Shown one piece after another: positions 1 to 9,449 of a stretch of 32,000 bases of DNA. The notes under the pieces were generated by a model. That model did no database searches. It had not been told where the DNA came from and saw only the letters and a list, made by a program, of their open reading frames with translations. The position numbers and the translations under genes were made by a program. The DNA is from Candidatus Saccharimonadota bacterium (GTDB taxonomy: Bacteria > Patescibacteriota > Patescibacteriia > 2-12-FULL-60-25), in the NCBI GenBank assembly GCA_022843095.1, contig JALHOH010000002.1, positions 270,001-302,000 of the forward strand, given 5' to 3'. The first letter of the stretch is position 1. Each line of letters starts with the position of its first letter.

Positions 1-495
1 ATAAGTGGCGGCAAATAGCGCTCCATCCATCGCCGAATTCCCCCCGCCGATCACGACTACGCGCTGATCCTTAAACAGCGGCGCATCACAGGTTGCGCAG
101 TACGTCACCCCTTTTCCATAAAACGTTTTTTCTCCAGGGACGTTCAACGTGCGATGGGTTGCACCAGAAGCCACCAACACCAAGCGCGCCTCTACCACAC
201 TTCCATCCGACAACTGCGCGCGATACCCACGCTCCAGTTTTTCCAGCATCGTGACACGAAGGCCTTCACGAAGATCCATCGCGTCGCGATAGTCCGCCAA
301 ATGTTCTTGAAACTTCTTCACCAACGAAATCCCATCTAAGAGATGAAATCCTAAATAGTTCTCCACATCCGCAGACCAAAGCGTTTGTCCGCCAATGATC
401 TCAGCGACCATGGTCAATCGGACGCGCTGTCGAGCGAGATACACGGCCGCAGCCAGCGCGGCCGGACCGCCGCCCACGATCAACACGTCCACCAT
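1..495 (-). CDS. trxB: Thioredoxin-disulfide reductase family flavoprotein (TrxB-like); 3' end cut by window edge
   Basis: Absent from the ORF track because it runs off the window. My minus-strand translation from ATG 495-493 reads MVDVLIVGGGPAALAAAVYLARQ (GxGxxA FAD Rossmann start), then GVTYCATCDAPLFKDQRVVVIGGGNSAMDGA (CATC redox-active disulfide followed by a second GGGxxA NAD(P)H motif). Confidence 0.8.
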   Translation of the reverse strand, partial: MVDVLIVGGGPAALAAAVYLARQRVRLTMVAEIIGGQTLWSADVENYLGFHLLDGISLVKKFQEHLADYRDAMDLREGLRVTMLEKLERGYRAQLSDGSVVEARLVLVASGATHRTLNVPGEKTFYGKGVTYCATCDAPLFKDQRVVVIGGGNSAMDGALFAATY

Positions 496-501
496 AGTCG
501 A

Positions 502-708
502 CTAGCGGTTCACGAGGTGCGATTGCGACATGGCACGCACTTCTTGGATCAAATGCAACCGTTCTGCGCGAAGGTCTTGGAGGTCGCGAAGCGATCCAAG
601 CAATAACACGGACAGAAGCGCGACGAGCGTGCACAGCACCGTGTGATACAGCCCATACCAACGTGGGGCTGGCAACGCATCCGAAGGCGTACGTGACATG
701 CGAGACAT
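502..708 (-). CDS. Small single-pass membrane protein with C-terminal coiled-coil-like segment (FtsB/DivIC-like topology; function unknown)
   Basis: Internal ATG (708-706) of the 502..789 ORF gives MSRMSRTPSDALPAPRWYGLYHTVLCTLVALLSVLLLGSLRDLQDLRAERLHLIQEVRAMSQ. That is one TM helix followed by a heptad-like helix. It fits exactly between the lgt stop (717) and the trxB start (495). Confidence 0.45.
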   Translation of the reverse strand: MSRMSRTPSDALPAPRWYGLYHTVLCTLVALLSVLLLGSLRDLQDLRAERLHLIQEVRAMSQSHLVNR

Positions 709-716
709 AGCAGTGT

Positions 717-1466
717 TCAGCGAGAGTGTAGCACAAAACCCCGACGAATGAGGAGAACCCCGGCGAGGAAGAGTGGGATCGAAAGCCACTGTGTGGGGGT
801 AAGCCCCGCATAGCGAACATCCACCACACGCAAGAAATCCAAGCTAAAACGCGTCGTTCCTTCGATCAACATGTACACGCCAAACCAGTACCCCTTTGCC
901 CGAGGACGGCGATTCAATACCAAAAACGCAATCCCCGTAAGAAACCCAATGATCGAAAGATAGAGTCCTAAATCATGACGGACCTCGCCATCAGGATAAC
1001 GAACACCCAACCAAAACGACGTAAGCGTTCCTGGATGATCATGGATCAAAAAACACCCGATACGTCCGACACCACATCCCCATGGCAACCCCCAAATCAA
1101 CGTGTCTGCATAGGCAAGCACATCCAGCGCGTGTTTGCGGACATACCACCAAAACGCCGCACCCGCCCCCAAAAACCCGCCAAACATCGCAAACCCCGGT
1201 TTACGCGGATCAAGCGCCTCCCAAGGATGGGCCAGGTAATGCGCCGGGTCATAGAACAGCACATGGAAGATCCGCGCGCCCAAAAATGCCGCAAGAAAAA
1301 TCCAAAAGGCGAGGTCGGTGATCTTCTTTGGATCCAGGCCGTACTTCACCGCACGCTGCGTCGCGATCCAGGTCCCCAATAAAAATCCGGCTGCAACAAA
1401 CGTCCCCCATGTTTGAAACGGGATTCCAAGAATCGGGACAGAAGTGACGCCAAAATAGGGAATCAT
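717..1466 (-). CDS. lgt: Prolipoprotein diacylglyceryl transferase
   Basis: Polytopic membrane protein with Lgt-like blocks (FLGARIFHVLFY, FGGFLGAGAA, GRIGCFL, YPxxLY-type segment). I chose the start at internal ATG 1466 (MIPYFGV...), which makes an ATGA overlap with the upstream ORF stop. The 1520 ORF-track start is probably an over-extension. Confidence 0.9.
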   Translation of the reverse strand: MIPYFGVTSVPILGIPFQTWGTFVAAGFLLGTWIATQRAVKYGLDPKKITDLAFWIFLAAFLGARIFHVLFYDPAHYLAHPWEALDPRKPGFAMFGGFLGAGAAFWWYVRKHALDVLAYADTLIWGLPWGCGVGRIGCFLIHDHPGTLTSFWLGVRYPDGEVRHDLGLYLSIIGFLTGIAFLVLNRRPRAKGYWFGVYMLIEGTTRFSLDFLRVVDVRYAGLTPTQWLSIPLFLAGVLLIRRGFVLHSR

Positions 1467-1861
1467 GCACGTCGAGACACAAACCACAGGACCTGCGCCG
1501 GCCACACGATCAACGAACATCCAAAAACGAGATACAGCGTTGTGGGAGAGATGGGCGCCCCCACAAGCGACGCAATCGTAAACAGCGATGGGAGAACCTG
1601 GTCATACGCTCCGACCCGCGTCCCCCACGGAAGACGCAGATACACCCAAGGAACAAGATACGCCCCAAGCGGTGCCAGCAAAAATGCGAACAGGAGCGCG
1701 CCTCCGTCGGCGCCGTAGTACACGCCGTATTGAAACGTCGTCATCGGCTCAAACCCGCGTGTAAGCAAAATCGTCAGCGCGTGAACGATCCCCCAAAATG
1801 CCACGTAGCCAAGCTCGGCCGTTAACACAAGCAGCAACGCACGATCTTTGGTGAGACGCAT
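1463..1861 (-). CDS. Hypothetical integral membrane protein (about 4 TM helices)
   Basis: ATG at 1861 within ORF 1463..2158. MRLTKDRALLLVLTAELGYVAFWGIVHALTILL... has four hydrophobic segments. The ORF-track N-terminal extension overlaps the upstream gene and is Arg-rich junk. The stop overlaps the lgt start (ATGA). Confidence 0.6.
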   Translation of the reverse strand: MRLTKDRALLLVLTAELGYVAFWGIVHALTILLTRGFEPMTTFQYGVYYGADGGALLFAFLLAPLGAYLVPWVYLRLPWGTRVGAYDQVLPSLFTIASLVGAPISPTTLYLVFGCSLIVWPAQVLWFVSRRA

Positions 1862-1868
1862 AGTCTTA

Positions 1869-2351
1869 TTAAAGGACGCGTAAGGTACGTAAGGCGGCGC
1901 GAAAATCGTGTAACGCCTGTGACGCTGACCGCGGGGTGAGTTCAAACGCCACGTCATGCGCAAGTTGGTTGCGCAGCTTGTGCGCCGGCCACACCTGCTG
2001 CAAGGCGGGATGCTTGTATTGCGCAGTCTTGAGGCGCTCCCCCATGGTCTCGCCAGGAAATCCAAGCGATTTAAGGACAGAATCCAGCAACTTATCCGCT
2101 TCCAAAATAGCCAACTTTGCCCCCATCGTCCCCTGCTTTCCCGTCGCTTCGATCTCACCCCAAAGCGAACGGACGCGCTCGGGGGTCATTCCGCCACGCA
2201 TTTCCGGCTTCCGAAGGCGCTTCCCCACCATCGCGACAAAAACCACGACCAGTAACGCAGCCACGACAAAAAATGCCCCGATCGTCGGAAACGCAACTGT
2301 TTCGCGGACCATTCCCTGATCCACGCCTGCATCCACGATCAACTGAAACAT
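1869..2351 (-). CDS. Membrane-anchored hypothetical protein with HEPN-like (RNxxxH) C-terminal helical domain
   Basis: 160 aa. It has an N-terminal TM helix (FPTIGAFFVVAALLVVVFVAMV) followed by KRLRK, so the C-terminus is probably cytoplasmic. The helical C-terminal domain contains AHKLRNQLAHD, which matches the Rx4-6H motif. Family assignment is tentative. Confidence 0.6.
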   Translation of the reverse strand: MFQLIVDAGVDQGMVRETVAFPTIGAFFVVAALLVVVFVAMVGKRLRKPEMRGGMTPERVRSLWGEIEATGKQGTMGAKLAILEADKLLDSVLKSLGFPGETMGERLKTAQYKHPALQQVWPAHKLRNQLAHDVAFELTPRSASQALHDFRAALRTLRVL

Positions 2352-2360
2352 GCAGGTATC

Positions 2361-3779
2361 TTACCGTGCCTCGTACGCCCCGGCAATTTGCAACACACGC
2401 GCATCATCCATCGCCTTTCCAATCAACTGCATCCCGACCGGCAAGCCTTCCACATCACCACATGGAACCGAAATCGCCGGCAATCCCGCCACGTTTACCC
2501 CGACGGTAAACACATCCTCCAAATACATCGCCAACGGATCCTGTGTTTTTTCTCCAATCTTGAACGCCGTCGAAGGCGCGGTCGGTGTCAGCAACACATC
2601 CACCTGAGAAAACACCTCTGCGTACGCCCGACGAATGAGCGTCCTGACCTTTCGCGCCTGGCGGTAATACGCATCGTAATACCCCTTGGAGAGCGCATAC
2701 GCTCCAAGTAATACCCGACGGCGCGTCTCAAGCCCAAGTCCGGCGCCACGCGATGCCGCATAGGTCGAAGCCAAATCCGATCCCAACACCCGCGCGCCGT
2801 ACCGCATCCCATCAAACCGCGACAAATTCGCAGAGACCTCGCATGGCATGAGGACGTAATACACGGCGAGCGCTTCGTTTACATACGGCAAATCCACCTC
2901 GACGATCTGGGCACCCAGCGCCTTCATCGCTTCCACCGCCTCCAACACACGGGCGCGCACGCCATCTGTCATCCCCGCCCCCCACGCCTCACGCGGAAGA
3001 CCGATACGCACGCCAGTCAGATCCTTTGTCGGCGTAAACATCATCGCCGGTCCATCGACCGTGGTTTGATCGCGATCATCTTTTCCCGCAATGACCGAGG
3101 CAAGCAACGCCGTATCTTCAACCGTTTTGGTCATTGGACCGATCTGATCCAAAGACGAGGCCATGGCGATCAACCCCGAACGAGAGACACGGCCATAACT
3201 CGGCTTGAATCCGACGATGCCGCAAAACGCCGCGGGCTGGCGAATCGACCCGCCCGTATCGCTTCCAAGCGCGGCCGGACACAGATCCGCCGCAACAGCA
3301 CATGCACTCCCGCCGCTTGATCCACCCGGCACTCGATCAAGATCGCGTGGATGTTTGGTGGGCCCGTAGGCGCTATGCTCCGTCGACGAACCCATGGCGA
3401 ATTCATCCATGTTGGTACGCCCAAGCAACACCATCCCCGCATCGCGCAATTTCCGAATCACGGTCGCATCTTCCGGTGCGAGATACCCCTTCAAGATCTT
3501 TGATCCGGCGGTGACCTCTTCTCCTGCAACCAACAGGTTGTCTTTGATCGCAATCGGGACGCCATCCAACGGCCCAAGCAGCGTGCCCGCCGCACGACGT
3601 GCATCGGATGCCGCCGCTTGCTCACGCGCATGCGTCTCAAACACGCCCACAAAGGCATGAAGCGCTACGTCGCGTCCTGCGATCTGTTTCAAATACGCAT
3701 CCGTCAACGCGACAGAAGTGGTTTCCCCTGCCGCCAGTGCGCGCGCCGCCGATGCGATTGTGTGATTCGTCAGGTCCAT
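2361..3779 (-). CDS. gatA: Glutamyl-tRNA(Gln) amidotransferase subunit A
   Basis: 472 aa. Amidase signature region GGSSGGSACAVAADLCPAALGSDTGGSIRQPAAFCG. Lies immediately downstream of gatC. Confidence 0.95.
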   Translation of the reverse strand: MDLTNHTIASAARALAAGETTSVALTDAYLKQIAGRDVALHAFVGVFETHAREQAAASDARRAAGTLLGPLDGVPIAIKDNLLVAGEEVTAGSKILKGYLAPEDATVIRKLRDAGMVLLGRTNMDEFAMGSSTEHSAYGPTKHPRDLDRVPGGSSGGSACAVAADLCPAALGSDTGGSIRQPAAFCGIVGFKPSYGRVSRSGLIAMASSLDQIGPMTKTVEDTALLASVIAGKDDRDQTTVDGPAMMFTPTKDLTGVRIGLPREAWGAGMTDGVRARVLEAVEAMKALGAQIVEVDLPYVNEALAVYYVLMPCEVSANLSRFDGMRYGARVLGSDLASTYAASRGAGLGLETRRRVLLGAYALSKGYYDAYYRQARKVRTLIRRAYAEVFSQVDVLLTPTAPSTAFKIGEKTQDPLAMYLEDVFTVGVNVAGLPAISVPCGDVEGLPVGMQLIGKAMDDARVLQIAGAYEAR

Positions 3780-3782
3780 ACA

Positions 3783-4085
3783 TTAGCCTTTTGGTTTATC
3801 AAACACGGCCGGGACCTTGAGCAGGTCTCCGGTGCGATCCGGAAAATCCGTCAGAATCACCTCGCGGGAAGCCGCATCCGCGCCACGAAGCACATCTTCG
3901 CGAAACCCATCGGCGCGTGCCGGGATTTCCGTTTCTGGCACATCGGTCGTGTCGACGCGCTGCAACCGTTCGACATATTCCAAGACACGGCCCAATTCGG
4001 CCTGCATCCGCGTTTCTTCTTCTGGCGAGAGCGCGATGCGCGTGAGCTGCGCCAAGCGCTGCACTTCTTCACGAGACAAATTCAT
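3783..4085 (-). CDS. gatC: Glutamyl-tRNA(Gln) amidotransferase subunit C
   Basis: Internal ATG 4085 of ORF 3783..4286. MNLSREEVQRLAQLTRIALSPEEETRMQAELGRVLEYVERLQRVDTTDV is a typical GatC N-terminus. The product is 100 aa and the gene ends 3 nt before gatA. Confidence 0.9.
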   Translation of the reverse strand: MNLSREEVQRLAQLTRIALSPEEETRMQAELGRVLEYVERLQRVDTTDVPETEIPARADGFREDVLRGADAASREVILTDFPDRTGDLLKVPAVFDKPKG

Positions 4086-4131
4086 ACGTCCCAGAGGGTA
4101 TCGTGGAAGGGCGTGAGGGACAAGGGACGGG

Positions 4132-6216
<2,085 letters not shown>

Positions 6217-6996
6217 TTACCAGATCAAGGCCTGCACATAGGCCGCGGCCCGATCACCAATCCACAGGGTAAGATACCCACCCAGGGCGAGCATCGGCAC
6301 AAAGGCGATACGGCTCGAGCGTTTTACGCGTCCAAGAATCAATAACATCGCCACCGCGACACCCCCGATGATATACGCAAGATACAGCGCAACCCCAACC
6401 TTCGGCCATCCAAGTGTCGCCCCCAGCAGCGCACCAACATACACATCGCCACCCCCCAACCATTTGCCTCGGGAAAGCAAAATTTGCATCCCAAAAAACG
6501 CAATGGGAACCAAAATACCGATCAGTAATGAAATCCACGACATCCCGCCGATGATACTCATGAGCCCCAACACCACTGCGGCGCCGGTCGCGAACTCGAC
6601 CGGGACCAACTGCCAGCGCACATCGAACGCCACCAAAATCACCAGAACAAACGCAAATGCGATCTCAATCATGAAGGGCACCGTCAAAATCCCGTAGATC
6701 GCCCCTGGATAGCGATACGCTGCAATCGTAAAGAGAAGCATCATCGCCCCTTCCACCAACGGATATTGAATGTGGATGGGTTTTCGGCAATAGGCGCATT
6801 TTCCCCCCAGTGCAAGCCATGACAAAATCGGAACGAGATGATGTGGGCGCAGCGTCTTACCACACGACGGACAGGCGGATCTGCCCCCAATCGACAGCTC
6901 CTGCTTCATCCGAATCACCAACACATTCGCAAACGAACCAAACACTGCTCCAAGCAGTGCCGCAAAGATCAGGAACCAGTAAGTCGTTTCAAACAC
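6217..6996 (-). CDS. pilD: Prepilin peptidase (A24 family, PilD-like)
   Basis: 259 aa polytopic membrane protein. It has the N-terminal CPSCGKTL...GKCAYCRKPI Zn-binding motif typical of PilD and lies adjacent to the pilin gene. The start codon at 6996 is GTG. Confidence 0.9.
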   Translation of the reverse strand: MFETTYWFLIFAALLGAVFGSFANVLVIRMKQELSIGGRSACPSCGKTLRPHHLVPILSWLALGGKCAYCRKPIHIQYPLVEGAMMLLFTIAAYRYPGAIYGILTVPFMIEIAFAFVLVILVAFDVRWQLVPVEFATGAAVVLGLMSIIGGMSWISLLIGILVPIAFFGMQILLSRGKWLGGGDVYVGALLGATLGWPKVGVALYLAYIIGGVAVAMLLILGRVKRSSRIAFVPMLALGGYLTLWIGDRAAAYVQALIW

Positions 6997-7001
6997 ACGC
7001 G

Positions 7002-7460
7002 TTATTTCTCTTCATCCACCTGATCGATCCCGTTTTTATGCGCGTAATACACATTGGGTTCGCCAAGCGACGTTCGGCTTTCTGTACGAAACCGAATGGA
7101 ATATCCATCCAACCCCCCTTTGTAGAAAAAATATTCGTTTGCGGTTGGACCGACCGGAACCTGTTGGAGATGGATAGGGTCCCGTGCCGCTTCACGCGCC
7201 ACAAACCCTTCCCCGGTAAACACATCCGTATTCGTTCCTGGCGCCGCCAGATCCACGCCATTGCTTTCTGGAAATCTGCCGTGTTGTTGCCAATACACAT
7301 TCAACGCGGAACGCAGCACGCTGACGGATGACAATCGAAGTGCGTCTCGCTGTGCACGTCGTGCGCTATTCAACGAGACCACCCCTAGCGTCACCACCAA
7401 TCCAAAGACGAGCAGTACGATGATCAGCTCAAGCACGGTAAATCCACGATTCCAACGCAT
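7002..7460 (-). CDS. Type IV pilin / pseudopilin-like protein
   Basis: Start at ATG 7460. MRWNRG|FTVLELIIVLLVFGLVV is a class III signal peptide, with Gly at -1, Phe at +1, Glu at +5 and a hydrophobic helix. Confidence 0.8.
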   Translation of the reverse strand: MRWNRGFTVLELIIVLLVFGLVVTLGVVSLNSARRAQRDALRLSSVSVLRSALNVYWQQHGRFPESNGVDLAAPGTNTDVFTGEGFVAREAARDPIHLQQVPVGPTANEYFFYKGGLDGYSIRFRTESRTSLGEPNVYYAHKNGIDQVDEEK

Positions 7461-7482
7461 ATGCAACGAGTATAGCAAAGAA

Positions 7483-8016
7483 TCATTCGATACGCCCAAA
7501 GCCATTCATCCGATGCACGCCCGGGAGCGGGACATCATCAGTCCCGGATTGAAGAAAAAACAGGAGCTCAAAGGCATCTAACGACAGCGGAACATCGCCC
7601 TCTGTTTGTAACGATATGGCGCAGGGCGATGAGGACATTTCCGCGCAGGGCGCACGGCCCGCATCCACCTGAAACAGCTCGGCAGGAAGATAATACGCGG
7701 TTAGATCTTCATCCGGACGACACCGATTCGACCGACATAACCGGCACGACGAAACGGCATCACCGGCACGACACCCGACAAACTGAAGCCGGTCTTCTCC
7801 TGCGCGCACCAAATTCCGACGCAACGTACGCACATTTTCGACACGCACGATGTCCGGCTCGTTTTCCGGCAATCCGGTGGATTGGAATGACATCCAAGAC
7901 GACACCCCAAATACGAGCGCGCCGACAATCGCAACCCCACCAAACAGGAGCGCAAGCACGCGTGCCCGGGAGACTGTCACGACTTCGGTTCCGGCGGAGG
8001 GATCAATAAGATTCAT
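7483..8016 (-). CDS. Hypothetical single-pass membrane protein, Cys-rich ectodomain (pilus-cluster associated)
   Basis: 177 aa. One TM helix (VLALLFGGVAIVGALVFGV) is followed by a domain with 6 Cys (GCRAG..SSCRLCRSNRC...APCAEMSSSPC). No family recognised. The start overlaps the upstream receiver gene by 14 nt. Confidence 0.5.
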   Translation of the reverse strand: MNLIDPSAGTEVVTVSRARVLALLFGGVAIVGALVFGVSSWMSFQSTGLPENEPDIVRVENVRTLRRNLVRAGEDRLQFVGCRAGDAVSSCRLCRSNRCRPDEDLTAYYLPAELFQVDAGRAPCAEMSSSPCAISLQTEGDVPLSLDAFELLFFLQSGTDDVPLPGVHRMNGFGRIE

Positions 8017-8386
8017 AGGACGGGAGAGCGGCGCAGGCGGTAATCTGGGCGATCAATCCTTCTGGTGTGTGATGTTGCTTCACAAGATACCCGGTGGCAC
8101 CCAACGCCAAACACCGTTGCACGTCTTCACGCGACCCCATCGCGGTCAACACAACAACGGGCGTCTCCCCGATCTCCGGATGCTCACGCAACAGACGCAA
8201 CGCCTCAAATCCATCATCCGGATCAAGACAAAGTCCAAGCACAACAACATCCGGTCGTTCCCGCGAAACAACTTCTAACAATTGATCACTACGCGTGACA
8301 TGGACCGCTGAATGCCCACGCTCTTGCAGGAGTCGACGCAAAATGCCGGCATACATCGCATCACGTTCTGCATGGACAATCCGCAT
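8003..8386 (-). CDS. Single-domain response-regulator receiver (atypical; phospho-acceptor Asp apparently absent)
   Basis: Start at ATG 8386 (MRIVHAERDAMYAGILRRLL...). It has the CheY-like fold pattern, with conserved Thr (VVVLTA) and Lys (YLVKQ). The beta3 end reads DVVVLGLCLDPDDG, placing Gly where Asp57 is expected. Confidence 0.8.
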   Translation of the reverse strand: MRIVHAERDAMYAGILRRLLQERGHSAVHVTRSDQLLEVVSRERPDVVVLGLCLDPDDGFEALRLLREHPEIGETPVVVLTAMGSREDVQRCLALGATGYLVKQHHTPEGLIAQITACAALPSYESY

Positions 8387-8390
8387 AGAT

Positions 8391-9437
8391 TTATGAGCAG
8401 GCACGTACCTTCCAGGAGACACCGTCACGCGTGGAGGTCGCTTCGCACACACGAATCGGCACCGCCGACCCATCCAGTCCTTCAAATCCGTCCGTGACCC
8501 CAGGGGTCACAAGCACCGTCGGATGACCCGCTAAGGCGCGATGAAACGCACGTTCTTCCTCTTCCGCCGAAGGATTTGAAAGCACCAGTGCCCGTACGCC
8601 CTGATCACGTTCTGCGTCTTGCACCAAGGGAAACTCGCCAGCCAGCGTTCGTCGCAATCGCGGAGAGGCGGCGATGACCACAAAAAGCCCTTCCGGATCG
8701 CGCACAAATGCGTTCCACGATTCAGCATGCGACGGCACCGTGTGCGCGGAGGTTGCAGGAAGCAACGTGATGCTGTGCCCAAATGAACCCGGCGCAAGCT
8801 CCGCTCGCCATCCAGGAACATGCGTTGCCACATGCGCCAAGGCGGAAATCCATCCAAGGGGGGCGAAGAAGGATGGAGGAGCAACATCTTCAGTATGAAA
8901 AATCACCTGCACCCCTTCACGATGCGGGACAAAACGAACGGCATTCGCATCCGCAAAATGCGCCACCTCCAACACGCGTCGCAAAAACGGACGCACTCCG
9001 CCTTTTGGGGACGCCGCTGTGCCCGTGCGACGCGTCTCTGAGAGAAGCACAGGGACGGTTTCGAGCGCTTTTCCTTCGGCCAACGCATGACGCCGTGCGT
9101 CTTCCAGATCCCGCTCGCTCATCTCTGGGCAGGCTAAAACCAGCCCATGACGACTGCGACGAAGAACACAGGCGTTCCGTGATGCGAGCCACCCCGTTGG
9201 AAAGGTTTCATCCTGAAGCGGTACGACTTTCGGAGGCAGACGTTCGATCGATCCTCCAAATTGCCCAGACGCCAGTGCCGCGTATTCATCCGGCGAGACG
9301 AGACGCGTCCCGATCAACGCTTGCTCGGGATGGAGTCCAAGCTCCGTCAAGGCATGCGCATGCACCGCGGCGCGCGGAGACACCAATCCCTCCGCTTGTG
9401 CGGCATCGAGCAAAACACGAAGATCAAGGGTCGGCAT
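8391..9437 (-). CDS. GspE/PilB-like protein with N-terminal T2SSE_N-like domain and degenerate, truncated ATPase core
   Basis: 348 aa. The N-terminus matches the GspE N-domain pattern (GLVSPRAAV...LIGTRLVSPDEYAALASGQFG...LVLACPEMSERDLED). EVAHFADANAVRFVPHREGVQVIFH resembles the ASDIHxEP block. GLFVVIAASPRLRRTLAG sits where GlilvtGPTGSGKtTTL (Walker A) is expected. All alignment was done by eye. Confidence 0.6.
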   Translation of the reverse strand: MPTLDLRVLLDAAQAEGLVSPRAAVHAHALTELGLHPEQALIGTRLVSPDEYAALASGQFGGSIERLPPKVVPLQDETFPTGWLASRNACVLRRSRHGLVLACPEMSERDLEDARRHALAEGKALETVPVLLSETRRTGTAASPKGGVRPFLRRVLEVAHFADANAVRFVPHREGVQVIFHTEDVAPPSFFAPLGWISALAHVATHVPGWRAELAPGSFGHSITLLPATSAHTVPSHAESWNAFVRDPEGLFVVIAASPRLRRTLAGEFPLVQDAERDQGVRALVLSNPSAEEEERAFHRALAGHPTVLVTPGVTDGFEGLDGSAVPIRVCEATSTRDGVSWKVRACS

Positions 9438-9449
9438 ACGCGGGCAAAG

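Noticed and set aside
9258-9437. c-di-GMP-binding MshEN motif (RLGxxLLxxGLIxxxxLxxxLxxQ) in the N-domain of the PilB-like protein.
   Set aside because: The N-terminus (LRVLLDAAQAEGLVSPRAAVHAHALTEL) lacks the RLG start and is out of register by one residue. It cannot be claimed from sequence inspection.
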